NCBI GenBank assembly: GCA_965242725.1
Contig: CBDESZ010000003.1
Location: forward strand, 1 to 64,000
Length of the DNA stretch: 64,000 nucleotides
Source: Alkalispirochaeta sp.
GTDB lineage: Bacteria > Spirochaetota > Spirochaetia > DSM-27196 > Alkalispirochaetaceae
Reading direction: 5' to 3'
Below the pieces are notes generated by a model. The model saw only the letters and a list, made by a program, of their open reading frames with translations. It made no database searches and had not been told where the DNA came from. How positions within the stretch are numbered: the first letter of the stretch is position 1; the number at the start of each line of letters is the position of its first letter. The position numbers were made by a program, and so were the translations under genes. This document shows, in pieces, positions 10,621 through 20,440 of the stretch.

Positions 10621-10680
10621 GATACAGCAACCGGGAGACACAGCTGCCGGTAGAGACAGCTACCGGTGGACCAGCTCCCA
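10621..10680. repeat. Degenerate 16-bp tandem repeat (about 3.5 copies) between convergent genes
   Basis: gatacagcaaccggga / gacacagctgccggta / gagacagctaccggtg / gaccagctccca. Confidence 0.6.
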
Positions 10681-13176
10681 TATCTTCCCGGTGAGTTCGG
10701 CAATCTTCACCGGCTTGGGAAGGAAATATTCGACACCGAGCTCCCGCACGGCATCTTCCGTGACGGTGGCGCTGAATCCCGAGGAAAGGATGATTGCCAC
10801 ATCCGGGCGGATTCGCAGCATCTCCCGGCTCATATCAAAACCGGAGAGTCCCGACATGATCTGGTCGGTGAAGACCACATCAAAAGAGCCGGGGTTGCGC
10901 CTGAAACTGTCCAGGGCGTCCGCGCCGTCGTGATGGAGTTCCGTGGCATACCCCAGCTCCTTCAGGGTCGCCTCATAAAAGGAGGAAAGCTCCGGGTCAT
11001 CTTCGACGATCATGATGCGGGCGCTCCCCGTCCTGAGGGACGATCGCGGCATCGCCTCTTCGGCCTCCTCCTCGTCGATCCGGGGGAAGCGGATCACAAA
11101 TTCCGTGCCCTCTCCCGGCGCGCTCACGACCTCAATCGTGCCGTGGTGGCCCGTCACGATACCGTGAACGATCGAGAGGCCGAGACCCGATCCTTCGCCA
11201 ACCTCTTTGGTGGTGAAAAAGGGATCAAAGATGCGGTCCCGCACCTCCTCCGGGATTCCCGTGCCGGTGTCGCGCACCCGAAGGACGACGGACCGTTCAC
11301 CGGGAGACGCGCCCTCATCGCCGGCGGGTTCCTCCCCCAGTGAAACCTCAAGCCGCCCGGATCGTCCCTTCATCGCGTGAACTGCATTGGTGCAGAGGTT
11401 GACGACCACCTGTGAAACCTGCGTCTCGTTCGCCATAATGGCGCCGCAATCGGGATCGATCGACTGAATGAGATCAATCGAGCGGGGCAGGGTCGTGCGG
11501 ACCATGTGAAGGGTTTCGCGAACATGGGACTGAATGCGCTGCGCCTTCAGGCGCTCCCCGTCGCCGCGGCTGAACGTGAGGATCTGCCGTACCAGAGCGG
11601 CCGCGCGCTCGCCCGTGCGGTAGAGTGCCTGCAGGTACTCTCCCTCCCGGGTGTCGGCATCAACGCGGTCGAGAAGGATCTCCGTATATCCCAGCTGTGC
11701 GCCGAGAATGTTATTGAACTCGTGGGCGATGCCCCCCGCCAGCGTGCCCATGGCCTCCATCTTCTGGGACTGAATGAGTTGGGACTGCGTCTCCCGCAGC
11801 TGTTGCGTCCGCTCCTCAACCTTCAGTTCAAGCTCCGTCGACAACTCCTCGGCGAGGGAGAGGGCGCTTGAAAATCGCCTGGAGAGCATAAAGGCCTGAA
11901 TGAAGACAAAGAGAATTGTCCCGATCGGTGCCACATGTATGCCCTGAATCCACCCGTTCTCCAGAATGATGTCGTGGGCGAGGGTCCCCACAAGAATGAT
12001 CGACCCGAAGGCCACCATGCGGGCGCCCTGACGATGGTGAGCCACGGCGCGTACCACCGCATAAATGGCGTATATCGCGACGACGAGGGTGATCGCCTGA
12101 TAGAACGGCAGGGTATGGGTGAAAAAGAGCGGGGGCGTGATGAGTACAACCAGGGAAAACAGGGCACCCATCGCCATATCCGCCCGCGCCACCCGCCGGG
12201 AGAGTTCGGGAAAGAGACTGCGCAGAAAGAAGACGAACACCGGCGGTCCCATGTAAAAGGTGAGGTACTCAATGCGGTTGAAGAAATCCCAACTCAGCGA
12301 CGGGACGAGATTATTGAAGATACGCTCGCCGGTGACGACGATTCTCAGGGCGATGAGAATGCAGAAAAGACCGAAGTAGAGGGCGGTCCGCTCCTTCCTC
12401 CTGAGGAAGAAGAGTCCCAGGTGGTATATGCCGATAATCCCGATGCTGCCGAAGAGGACAAACTCGACAAGGAGGTTTCGTTCCCGCTTCTCCTCGATGA
12501 GCGATTCCGGACCAAACTCCCACGGCAGCCACATGCCGCCCCGACGATGGACAAAATTGGAAACGTGAACGACAAGCTCAATGACCCCATCGGGGGCGGA
12601 CAGATCGGCCGTTCCCGTGCGGTATCGGGGAACCATGGAAGCGCGGTCGGTCCCCACCGTGCCGCTGACAAAGAGGGGTGTGCCGCCCGCCCAGAGGGCG
12701 TATGCATTTGCCGCGTCCAGAATCTTGACGGCGTACCCGTCACCGGGCGCTACGAGAATCACCAGTCGATACGTCCCGTAGCCGCCGCCCTCCAGGGTGA
12801 TGCCGTCCACTTCAAGTCCGTTCCATACCCGCGGTACGGGGATGTGGTTTCCGGGAGTGGAGGGGGCGTCGGCGCCTTCGGCAGCAGCTTCGGAAAAATC
12901 ATCGGGCGACAGGAGCTGATTCCAGAAAAACTCCCACTCACCGTTGAGGGTTACCGTTCCGTCCCGTTCAAAATCCCACTCCCGCAGGTCGATGACGCCA
13001 GCCCGCGCCGTCGGCTCCGGGGGCGACGAGCGGGCCACACCGGTCCGGGCAATCGCCTCATGGGAGACGATTCCCTGGGCCGCCGTAACGCCGGGGAGGC
13101 CCCACAGCAACGCGACTGCAAGCAGAACGAGACCGCACCTTCCCGCCCCATTGCACGTTATCCTGCACGTCATCAT
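10660..13176 (-). CDS. Hybrid sensor histidine kinase (7TM-DISM extracellular + 7TM, HisKA, HATPase, REC)
   Basis: LNGEWEFFW / GYGTYRL carbohydrate-binding-like domain, 7 TM, H-box AHEFNN, NLCTNA, DTGTGI, FFTTK..GSGLGL, receiver TDQIM. Confidence 0.93.
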   Translation of the reverse strand: MMTCRITCNGAGRCGLVLLAVALLWGLPGVTAAQGIVSHEAIARTGVARSSPPEPTARAGVIDLREWDFERDGTVTLNGEWEFFWNQLLSPDDFSEAAAEGADAPSTPGNHIPVPRVWNGLEVDGITLEGGGYGTYRLVILVAPGDGYAVKILDAANAYALWAGGTPLFVSGTVGTDRASMVPRYRTGTADLSAPDGVIELVVHVSNFVHRRGGMWLPWEFGPESLIEEKRERNLLVEFVLFGSIGIIGIYHLGLFFLRRKERTALYFGLFCILIALRIVVTGERIFNNLVPSLSWDFFNRIEYLTFYMGPPVFVFFLRSLFPELSRRVARADMAMGALFSLVVLITPPLFFTHTLPFYQAITLVVAIYAIYAVVRAVAHHRQGARMVAFGSIILVGTLAHDIILENGWIQGIHVAPIGTILFVFIQAFMLSRRFSSALSLAEELSTELELKVEERTQQLRETQSQLIQSQKMEAMGTLAGGIAHEFNNILGAQLGYTEILLDRVDADTREGEYLQALYRTGERAAALVRQILTFSRGDGERLKAQRIQSHVRETLHMVRTTLPRSIDLIQSIDPDCGAIMANETQVSQVVVNLCTNAVHAMKGRSGRLEVSLGEEPAGDEGASPGERSVVLRVRDTGTGIPEEVRDRIFDPFFTTKEVGEGSGLGLSIVHGIVTGHHGTIEVVSAPGEGTEFVIRFPRIDEEEAEEAMPRSSLRTGSARIMIVEDDPELSSFYEATLKELGYATELHHDGADALDSFRRNPGSFDVVFTDQIMSGLSGFDMSREMLRIRPDVAIILSSGFSATVTEDAVRELGVEYFLPKPVKIAELTGKIWELVHR

Positions 13177-13188
13177 CGGCGGCGGCCG

Positions 13189-13566
13189 TTATCTGGCATG
13201 TTCATTGAGGGCGGACTCCACGGCGTCCAGAAGCTGCCTGCGGGTAAAGGGTTTTTCCAGAATGGTGGTAATTCCAAACCGGCGGATAAGTGATTGCACC
13301 GGCGGAGCCGTGACGGGGACGCGACCGGAAATCAGAACCCACCGGAGGGACGGCTTTTTCATCGACGCCTCCATCGTCAGCTCCACACCGCCCTGCTCAG
13401 GCATGATGATATCGCTGACAACAACATCAAATTTCCCGTCGAGAATCTTCTCAAGCCCTTTCCTGCCGTTCACCGCGTCGGCAACCTCGTGGCCGGCGTC
13501 TTCGAGAAAAGTGCGCATCACCGCGCGGAGATCCGGTTCGTCATCAATGATCAGTATATTCGCCAT
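13189..13566 (-). CDS. Single-domain response regulator (CheY-like)
   Basis: ILIIDDE, SDIIMP, ISG, KPF motifs. Confidence 0.92.
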   Translation of the reverse strand: MANILIIDDEPDLRAVMRTFLEDAGHEVADAVNGRKGLEKILDGKFDVVVSDIIMPEQGGVELTMEASMKKPSLRWVLISGRVPVTAPPVQSLIRRFGITTILEKPFTRRQLLDAVESALNEHAR

Positions 13567-13632
13567 GCCGTCCCCATCCCATGAGATGTACGGGAAGTAT
13601 AAGGCATTGGCCGGGAGTTGGAAATGTTATGT

Positions 13633-13707
13633 GCCGCACCGGCCACATCCGTGCCGTGCACAACTGAACGCTGCTCGTCCGCACCCTGTACATCCGCACT
13701 CTGTACG
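13633..13707. repeat. Degenerate 15-bp tandem repeat (5 units), intergenic
   Basis: gccgcaccggccaca/tccgtgccgtgcaca/actgaacgctgctcg/tccgcaccctgtaca/tccgcactctgtacg. Confidence 0.5.
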
Positions 13708-13718
13708 TTCATACCGGG

Positions 13719-13758
13719 AAAAAAGAAGCGCGCCCCCGGACCTCCGGAGGCGCGCTTC
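13719..13758 (-). terminator. Rho-independent terminator of the tctCBA-SAF operon
   Basis: Minus strand reads GAAGCGCGCCTCCGG-aggt-CCGGGGGCGCGCTTC then TTTTTT, 20 nt after the stop at 13778. Confidence 0.85.
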
Positions 13759-13777
13759 CACCTGACGTCGAAAGGGC

Positions 13778-15169
13778 TCAGGAGACGGAGAAAAACTCCC
13801 TGTCCTGTTCCCGTCGGAGCTTCCAGAGGATTGCGCTTCCGTCGATTTCAAGCATCTCCTCGGTAATCATCGTACCCGGCTGCACCTCTTTCTTGAGGGT
13901 TGTACCGTCTACGAGGAAATAGGGCAAATGGTTTCCTTTGGTCAGCGGCTCCGCCGGAAGGAGCAGCCCTTCCAGCCCGTCGATGACGTGATGGTGACCC
14001 TTTGCCTGAAATTTTGTTCCCGCCGGGATCGATCGCTCCGCCCGGGCGACCAGATCGTAGCGTGGCCGGGGCTCGGCCGAGCCCGTAGGCATCCCCAGCA
14101 CCCCGACGGAGAGAACGCTGAAGAGCGCCTCCAGACCGAGATAATGGGCCGGATAGTAGAGCATCGCCGTCTTCCCGTTCCTGCTTGTGGGAACACCCTT
14201 TTCCTTCAATACCTCCCACGTTTCGTCGTCGTCACAGGCCACGACGATCCACTCGCCTCCTTCGAGACTTTGCTCGTCGACGCGGCGGAAACAGTTGACC
14301 ACGTCGATTCGCGGTTCACCGTCAAAAATTCCGCCGTACTCGGTCGGGCACATGACGTCGGGTATCTCCAGCGTCCGGGCGATGGGTGTGTGAAGGGGGG
14401 CGATATCGGGATGGAATTCCGGCAGGTGGTTGCAGACGATTCCCATTTCCGCGAGGTCGGGAATGTTGCGCTGCTGAAAAACCGAGAGGAGCTCGGCCCG
14501 TCGTTCCAGGGTTGCGGAAATATCATCCGAGAGGTGCCAGAGCGACCTGATCTCCGGTACGGCAATCGTCTTGTCCAGCACCTGCACCGTCCCCGCCTCT
14601 TCATCGAAGACAAAGTCGTATTCACTGGACTTTCCCGCCGCCAGAATTTTGAGTCCCACCGACTGGGCCCACGTGACCAGTCCCACCAGAAGGGAGGGCT
14701 GATCTCCTTCAGCGAGGGAGTAAATGAGCCCTTTCTGTCGTGCCTTTCGGGCAAGTATGGGGCCCACCACCGAGTCGGATTCCTTGGTGACCATCACAAT
14801 GTGACGGCCGTTTTCTATCGCCGCCAGTGCGTGGAAGGCGGACGCCTCGGGATGACCGGTACCCTCAATGGCGACGTCGAAAGGTATCTTCATGGCCAGC
14901 GACACATCGTCAAAAATCAGGTACTTCCCCGCATTAAAAGCGTCGATACCCTGCTCAAGAGTCGTGCAGTGTACAATCTTTTCCGCCGGGACGCCGACGG
15001 ATTTGTATCCATCGATGCATTTTGCGATGTTTCTGCCGCAGACCACCCGGATGCTGAAATTTTCACTTCGGGAGCCGTAGACGAAGAGGGAGTGGTTGAA
15101 TCCACTGATACCGATGACACAGACTTCAACCGGTCTTTCCCGATTTCCAAATAGTTGTTTGTAGTTCAT
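13778..15169 (-). CDS. NAD(P)-dependent oxidoreductase, homoserine-dehydrogenase-like with C-terminal SAF domain (COG4091-type)
   Basis: Rossmann start VCVIGISGF, EGTGHPE, VMVTKESDSVVGP.L, AEGDQP, C-terminal SAF-like domain (ARAERSIPAG...KKEVQPGTMIT). Confidence 0.8.
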   Translation of the reverse strand: MNYKQLFGNRERPVEVCVIGISGFNHSLFVYGSRSENFSIRVVCGRNIAKCIDGYKSVGVPAEKIVHCTTLEQGIDAFNAGKYLIFDDVSLAMKIPFDVAIEGTGHPEASAFHALAAIENGRHIVMVTKESDSVVGPILARKARQKGLIYSLAEGDQPSLLVGLVTWAQSVGLKILAAGKSSEYDFVFDEEAGTVQVLDKTIAVPEIRSLWHLSDDISATLERRAELLSVFQQRNIPDLAEMGIVCNHLPEFHPDIAPLHTPIARTLEIPDVMCPTEYGGIFDGEPRIDVVNCFRRVDEQSLEGGEWIVVACDDDETWEVLKEKGVPTSRNGKTAMLYYPAHYLGLEALFSVLSVGVLGMPTGSAEPRPRYDLVARAERSIPAGTKFQAKGHHHVIDGLEGLLLPAEPLTKGNHLPYFLVDGTTLKKEVQPGTMITEEMLEIDGSAILWKLRREQDREFFSVS

Positions 15170-16677
15170 TTGACATTGCTCCTGGGACGCCGTTTTTTGA
15201 AGTGCATGATCACGGGAGTGATAAGGAAGATCACCGTAGCCGCAAGCAGAACGGCAGAGATCGGTTTCTCGATGAAAATCATCGGACTGCCGCCGGAAAT
15301 GGTGAATGCCCGGCGAATGGATTGCTCAAACCGCGGCGCAAGGACAAACGCCAGGAGGATGGGCGCAATCGGATAGTCGTGTTTCTTGAGAATGAATGCG
15401 ACTACCCCCGCTCCGATCATGAACCACACGTCAAACATGTTGTTATTCACCGAGTACGCGCCGACGATGCAGATCATCACGATAATCGGAGAAATGACGC
15501 CCCGTGGAATGCGCAGGACCGACATCAGAAATGGAATCATCACCAGTCCGGCAACCACACAGGCGATATTGCCGATATACATCGAGCCGATCAGTCCCCA
15601 GACAAACTCCGTCTGCTGGGTGAAAAGGAGAGGACCCGGCTGAAGGCCCCACATCATCAGTCCGCCCAGGAGGACGGCGGAGGTGGCGGAACCGGGAATA
15701 CCCAGACACAACAGCGGGGCAAAGGCGCCGACCGCTGCGGCATTGTTGGCTGATTCCGATGCGGCCACTCCTTCAATGGCGCCTTTCCCCATCTCGTCCT
15801 GGTTTTTTCCCGTCTTCTTTTCCAGGATATAGGCGAGAAAGGAACCGGTGGTGCCGCCCGCTCCGGGCAGAAAGCCGACAAAGTTACCGAGGACGGAGCT
15901 TTTCAGCGCGGTGGGAACGATTCGCTTCACCTCATCCCGATCCAGGAGGCTTTCCCTGATCGTCAATCGTCGACCCGTCACCAGTGAGTCGTTCTCCCTG
16001 TCGCTCATCAGTTCCATCACCTGGGTAAGACCGAACATGCCGATCACCAGCGGAATGAACGAAATGCCGCCAAGGAGATTGACCGTACCAAAGGTGTAGC
16101 GCCCCATGCCGCCGGCCATCGTATCGATTCCGATTGTGGACACGAGAATGCCCAGCGCGGACGCGGCGATTCCCTTGAGGGGATCATCGCCGAGGAGCCA
16201 GCCGATGGAGGTCAGGGCCAGCAATATAAGGGCGGTTATTTCCGCAGGTCCAAACTTCAGACCGATCTGCGCCAGAAGCGGTCCAAAGACGGTCAGCGTG
16301 ACGATTCCGATGGTCCCGCCGACAAATGAGGACATGTTGGCCGTAAAGAGTGCTTTTCCCGCCTTCCCCTTCTGGCTCAGAGGGTATCCGTCAAGCGCCG
16401 TCATGACGGCCGGAGAGTCGCCGGGAATATTCAGCAGGATCGCGCTGTAGGCGCCGCCGTACATATTTCCGTAGTAAATTCCGGCGAGCATGATGATCGC
16501 CGCAGTGGGATTCATCTTGAACGTCAACGGCAAAAGGAGTGCGACTCCCGTCACGGCGCCGATTCCCGGCATGGCACCCACAAAGAGGCCGAGAAAACCG
16601 CCGACAATGGCGAGGGTAAGATTGGTAAAAGACAGGGCCGTACCAAACCCCTGCATTAGAAGGTCAAAATTCTCCAT
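15166..16677 (-). CDS. tctA: Tripartite tricarboxylate transporter large permease
   Basis: GAMPGIG, YGGAYSAILLNIPG, DGYPL..KG, ESANNA, LGIPGS, PGP.LF; start MENFDLL at 16677. Confidence 0.95.
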   Translation of the reverse strand: MENFDLLMQGFGTALSFTNLTLAIVGGFLGLFVGAMPGIGAVTGVALLLPLTFKMNPTAAIIMLAGIYYGNMYGGAYSAILLNIPGDSPAVMTALDGYPLSQKGKAGKALFTANMSSFVGGTIGIVTLTVFGPLLAQIGLKFGPAEITALILLALTSIGWLLGDDPLKGIAASALGILVSTIGIDTMAGGMGRYTFGTVNLLGGISFIPLVIGMFGLTQVMELMSDRENDSLVTGRRLTIRESLLDRDEVKRIVPTALKSSVLGNFVGFLPGAGGTTGSFLAYILEKKTGKNQDEMGKGAIEGVAASESANNAAAVGAFAPLLCLGIPGSATSAVLLGGLMMWGLQPGPLLFTQQTEFVWGLIGSMYIGNIACVVAGLVMIPFLMSVLRIPRGVISPIIVMICIVGAYSVNNNMFDVWFMIGAGVVAFILKKHDYPIAPILLAFVLAPRFEQSIRRAFTISGGSPMIFIEKPISAVLLAATVIFLITPVIMHFKKRRPRSNVK

Positions 16678-16696
16678 GATGTAAATGCCCCTTATC

Positions 16697-17140
16697 CTAT
16701 AACCATCCGAAGACGTAACCACTGGGAAACGGCACCCGAAGCCACCACCTGAAGACACCCACGATGAAGAGGGTGAATAGTGCGCTGGCAAAAACCGACT
16801 TGAGCCAGGTGTACTTGCTCAAGTACCGCATCCAAATGGTTGAAAAGAAGAAGACCGCCGCAGCAATGCCCAGTACCTGAATCATGAACGCGCCACCGAT
16901 GGCGCCGATGGCGGGAATATAGTTGACCCCGTGCAGCGCCTGAGACGTTCCTGTCTTTTTCCTGCCGATGAAGAGCCGTATGAGTACGACGATGGAAACG
17001 ACGAGGACGATCACGGCAAAGATGATCGGTACAAACCCGCCCGCGGGTTTCCTGTCGACCCAGAAGCCGTATTTGACAATTCCCTGTTGAATCCAGATGA
17101 TCGAAACGATCAACTCAATAATTACGATCGCAAATTCCAT
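16697..17140 (-). CDS. tctB: Tripartite tricarboxylate transporter small permease
   Basis: Four or more TM, PAGGFVP, C-terminal F...LRVPFPSG; lies between tctC and tctA. Confidence 0.88.
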   Translation of the reverse strand: MEFAIVIIELIVSIIWIQQGIVKYGFWVDRKPAGGFVPIIFAVIVLVVSIVVLIRLFIGRKKTGTSQALHGVNYIPAIGAIGGAFMIQVLGIAAAVFFFSTIWMRYLSKYTWLKSVFASALFTLFIVGVFRWWLRVPFPSGYVFGWL

Positions 17141-17180
17141 GAATGCCCTCTGTCGAAAATTGGGGTACGGTGTGGTAAAG

Positions 17181-17202
17181 GGCGGAGGTTTGCACCTCCG
17201 CC
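17181..17202 (-). terminator. Stem-loop downstream of tctC (mRNA stabiliser or partial terminator)
   Basis: GGCGGAGGT-ttgc-ACCTCCGCC, a perfect 9-bp stem between the SBP and permease genes. Confidence 0.6.
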
Positions 17203-17214
17203 GTCGGAATAAAA

Positions 17215-18192
17215 TCAGTTAAAGAGACCGATCGCCATTCCCTGCTGATAGAGGCGCTCGGAGTTTTCGCGGTAGTAGGGACCAAACCGCTGGGCTTCCA
17301 TAAAGCTGCCTTCCAGCATGTTTTTGCCGATGTACTCGTTCTGCCACTCGTCTGTTGCGGTAACCTGTTCAAAGACGTCGGTCCAGAACGCCACCACTTC
17401 CGGTGACATGTCGCGTCCGCCCATGATGCCGCGGAACATCTGGAACTTGATCTCCGGATATCCAAGCTCCGCAAAGGTGGGTACGCTGGAGAGCGTTCCG
17501 TCAAGGCGTTCCTCGCTGTACGCGGCGATTCCCTGCATTGAGCCCGCTTCAATCTGGCCGAGACATTCATTGGGGTTCATGATGCCGAAATCGACGTGGC
17601 CGCCGAGCATGGCGCTGGTGATTTCTCCCGCGCTGTCAAAGTAGACGCTGGTCAACTCAATACCCGCCTCTTCGTTAATGAACTGGACGCTCAAACGATC
17701 GAGATTGTCTGCGACACCGACGGATATGCTGCCGGGGTTTGCCTTGGCCGCGGCAATGACGTCGTCAAGGCTCTGGTATTCCGAGTCGGTCGTGCCGACG
17801 AAGAGCACGTTGTCCATGGCGAGGGCGGCGATGGGGGTGAGCAGCGAGGCGTCAACTTCGGTGCTTGCCCGCAGTCCCAACGCCTGTGCGCCGTTGAGGG
17901 CTACGAGGGTGTAATCACCGGCGCGTCCGGCATCCGTTGCATACGCGACGCCCACGGTTCCCCCTCCGCCCGGCTTATTGACGACAACGATGTTTCCGTC
18001 GACGAGGTCATTGGTTTGAATGATGTCCACGATCAGGCGGCAAAAGGTGTCGGTACCGCCGCCGGCGCTGGCGGGTGCCACCAGTTCCACAGGCCGATTG
18101 GGATAGGCGGCGCCTCCCTCCTGCTGGCCGCTCGCCGCGGCAAATCCAACGACAAACATGACCAACAGCGCAAAAACTACAGCTCTCTTCAT
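17215..18192 (-). CDS. tctC: Tripartite tricarboxylate transporter substrate-binding protein (Bug/TctC)
   Basis: YPNRPVELVAPASAGGGTD, VNKPGGGG, VPTFAELGY; signal peptide. Confidence 0.95.
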   Translation of the reverse strand: MKRAVVFALLVMFVVGFAAASGQQEGGAAYPNRPVELVAPASAGGGTDTFCRLIVDIIQTNDLVDGNIVVVNKPGGGGTVGVAYATDAGRAGDYTLVALNGAQALGLRASTEVDASLLTPIAALAMDNVLFVGTTDSEYQSLDDVIAAAKANPGSISVGVADNLDRLSVQFINEEAGIELTSVYFDSAGEITSAMLGGHVDFGIMNPNECLGQIEAGSMQGIAAYSEERLDGTLSSVPTFAELGYPEIKFQMFRGIMGGRDMSPEVVAFWTDVFEQVTATDEWQNEYIGKNMLEGSFMEAQRFGPYYRENSERLYQQGMAIGLFN

Positions 18193-18298
18193 TTCTCTCT
18201 CCTTTAAGAAGGTGATATGGACGAATCATAACAGCGGCATCTCCCGTCGCCCGGGATTCGACGGAAATCCGACGTCATCGCTTCGCGCGGTAATATTA

Positions 18299-18313
18299 GC
18301 AACACCTGTGCCA
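18299..18313 (-). promoter_or_regulatory. sigma54 (-24/-12) promoter for tctCBA
   Basis: Minus strand TGGCACAGGTGTTGC is an exact TGGCAC-N5-TTGC consensus, about 107 nt upstream of the tctC ATG. Confidence 0.85.
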
Positions 18314-18440
18314 AAAACAGAAACGGTGTAATTATTTGTAAAAAGAAAGTATATCTTGAGAAATAATATACAATTAGGATTCGTTGCGCCGGCGACGGAA
18401 ATGGGTGCGGCCCGCCGGCCGTGTCTGTAGTTGATGCATC

Positions 18441-18480
18441 AGTTGCAAAAATGCATCTAAAATGTTGCGGCAATGCAACA
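18441..18480. promoter_or_regulatory. Tandem enhancer (UAS) palindromes for a sigma54 activator
   Basis: AGTTGCaaaaatGCATCT (18441-18458) and TGTTGCggcaatGCAACA (18463-18480), 22 bp apart and 130-165 bp upstream of the sigma54 site, with an AT-rich tract between. Confidence 0.65.
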
Positions 18481-18507
18481 ACATGCACCGCCCTCGGAAA
18501 CGGCCGC

Positions 18508-19260
18508 TCACATTTCAAGGGTGATACGGATATCCGCGATATGCGCCTCCATCGCGCGCCGCGCCGCTTCACTATCACGGGCAAGAAAAGCCGCGAGTAT
18601 CGCCTCGTGGTGATCCAGGGAGCTCCGTACCAGTTCGGGATGGTCGTGAAATGCACCGGCAATAAATTTCCCCATGAGGCCGCGCATGGTCAGATACATA
18701 TTGATCATGTAGCGGTTCCCCGATCCCCGGGCGATCTGCCGGTGAAACGAGAGATCCTCCTGCAGATAGCGCCGGATCTCCAGCCCGGCCAGTGCGGTGC
18801 GCATGCGCCGTACCGTCGCTTCAAGCTCCTCCACATCGGAAGCGGACATCCGCTCCACCGCCAGGACGACCAGCTCAGATTCAATGATCCGGCGCGCTTC
18901 AATCAGCTCCCGGACCGATGTCCGGTCCCACGGCTCCGGAGTCCGCGGCCGGTCGACCCACAGCTCCGGATCGTCACAGAGGAGGATAATGCCCCGTCCG
19001 GGCCTCTGCTCGATGACACCCAGGCGACTCATGTGATTGAGGGCTTCCCGGAGACTCGGTTTGCTCACGCCCAGCAGCTTTGCCAGATCGTTCTGGTTGG
19101 GAAGCTTGTCGCCCTCCCTGACCGTCCCCTGCACCACCATGTCCCTGATCGCGGCAATGACCAGATCGGCAACACTTGACCGATTTGCCGCAAGGCGGGG
19201 AGTGACGGCCCTGCCACGCGCCTCTCCCCTGCGTGCTCCGTTCCGTTCGTCGTTCATCAT
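18508..19260 (-). CDS. GntR/FadR family transcriptional regulator
   Basis: GDKLPNQNDLAKLLGVSKPSLREAL..EQRPGRG wHTH; FCD domain (D.SFH..IA..SGN, H..I..A...RD). Confidence 0.93.
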   Translation of the reverse strand: MMNDERNGARRGEARGRAVTPRLAANRSSVADLVIAAIRDMVVQGTVREGDKLPNQNDLAKLLGVSKPSLREALNHMSRLGVIEQRPGRGIILLCDDPELWVDRPRTPEPWDRTSVRELIEARRIIESELVVLAVERMSASDVEELEATVRRMRTALAGLEIRRYLQEDLSFHRQIARGSGNRYMINMYLTMRGLMGKFIAGAFHDHPELVRSSLDHHEAILAAFLARDSEAARRAMEAHIADIRITLEM

Positions 19261-19283
19261 GGGACCTCCTCGACACATTTTCG

Positions 19284-19341
19284 TTGACACACCGCCATCA
19301 CGTCGTACAATAATCAACTTGATATAGTTAATCTATATCAA
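19284..19341 (+). promoter_or_regulatory. sigma70 promoter plus perfect palindromic operator (probable FadR site)
   Basis: TTGACA (19284)-N16-TACAAT (19306); TTGATATAG-ttaat-CTATATCAA (19319-19341) between the divergent gntR and transaldolase-like genes. Confidence 0.78.
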
Positions 19342-19391
19342 TCGTTCCGACATAAATCGCGCCGCCACAAACCGCCCCGACAGGAGGAGCC

Positions 19392-20438
19392 ATGGACGCC
19401 CACTATTTTTCGCAACTCCACAACTCCACGGACAACCGGCTGTGGATCAACAATCCCACCGCGGCCGAGCTCGCCATGGCCCTCGACACCGGAGCGGTGG
19501 CGTGCACCACCAATCCCGCCTACTGCGCCAGACTCATCGAGAAAGAACCGGACTACCTCAACGGTCTCATAGACGACGTCCTTGAGATCACGGCCGACGC
19601 GGAAGAAGCGGCGCCCCTCGTCTACCAGCGTGCGGCGAAGCGCGTCATGGACGCCTACCTGGGCCGCTACCAACACAGCGGCGGCACCGAGGGATTCGTG
19701 ACCATCCAGCAGGACCCCCGCACCGACGAGGACGCCGCCACCACCATCGACGAAATCCGCCGGTGCCGCGCCCTCTCGCCCAACTACATGGCCAAAATCC
19801 CGGTGATACCCGGCGCCTTTGACGCTATAGCCTACTGCGTCGCCGAGAACATACCGATCTGCCTGACCGAGGTCTTTGCTGTATCCCAGGCGCGCACCGC
19901 CTGCGAACTCTACCTACGCGTCTCGGAGCGCACCGGCAACCGCCCGCCCGTCTACGTCACCCACATCACCGGCATCTTCGACGAATACCTCGCCAAAGTC
20001 GCCCGCCGCGACAGGATCGACATCAACCCGGAAATCCTGCGCGACGCGGGGCTCGCGGTGGCGCGCAAAGAGTACCGCATGTTTGCGGACAACGGCTTTC
20101 CCGTGACCATGATGGGCGGAGGCGCCCGTGAAATGCGCCACTTCACCGGCCTCATCGGAGCCAACGTCCATATTACCATCAACTGGAGCACCGTCAGGGA
20201 GATCATCGACGCCGCACCGCCGGTCACCTCCACCATCGACGAGCACATACCCGAGGAGGTCATCGACGAGTTGCGCGCAAAGTTCCCCGACTTCCGCCGC
20301 GCCTGGGACAACGACGGCCTCCTGCCGGGGGAATACGCCGCGTGGGGGCCGGTGCAGCTCTTCAGAAACGCCTTCCTCGCCGGCTGGTACCGCCTCCTCG
20401 CGCAGATCGCCGCGCGCAAAAACGCCCTGGCGAGGTGA
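19392..20438 (+). CDS. Transaldolase-family protein (divergent)
   Basis: TTNP motif, G.VTIQ.DP, Schiff-base KIP, T.VF..SQ; AGGAGGAG SD. Confidence 0.82.
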   Translation: MDAHYFSQLHNSTDNRLWINNPTAAELAMALDTGAVACTTNPAYCARLIEKEPDYLNGLIDDVLEITADAEEAAPLVYQRAAKRVMDAYLGRYQHSGGTEGFVTIQQDPRTDEDAATTIDEIRRCRALSPNYMAKIPVIPGAFDAIAYCVAENIPICLTEVFAVSQARTACELYLRVSERTGNRPPVYVTHITGIFDEYLAKVARRDRIDINPEILRDAGLAVARKEYRMFADNGFPVTMMGGGAREMRHFTGLIGANVHITINWSTVREIIDAAPPVTSTIDEHIPEEVIDELRAKFPDFRRAWDNDGLLPGEYAAWGPVQLFRNAFLAGWYRLLAQIAARKNALAR

Positions 20439-20440
20439 CC

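Noticed and set aside
13633..13707. Possible CRISPR array in the short repeats (also 10621-10680, 62184-62209)
   Set aside because: Units are 13-16 bp, adjacent and degenerate, with no spacers and no cas genes.
13778..15169. Flagellar FlgA or true homoserine dehydrogenase
   Set aside because: The SAF domain is shared, but the Rossmann N-terminus and sugar-acid transporter context argue against either.
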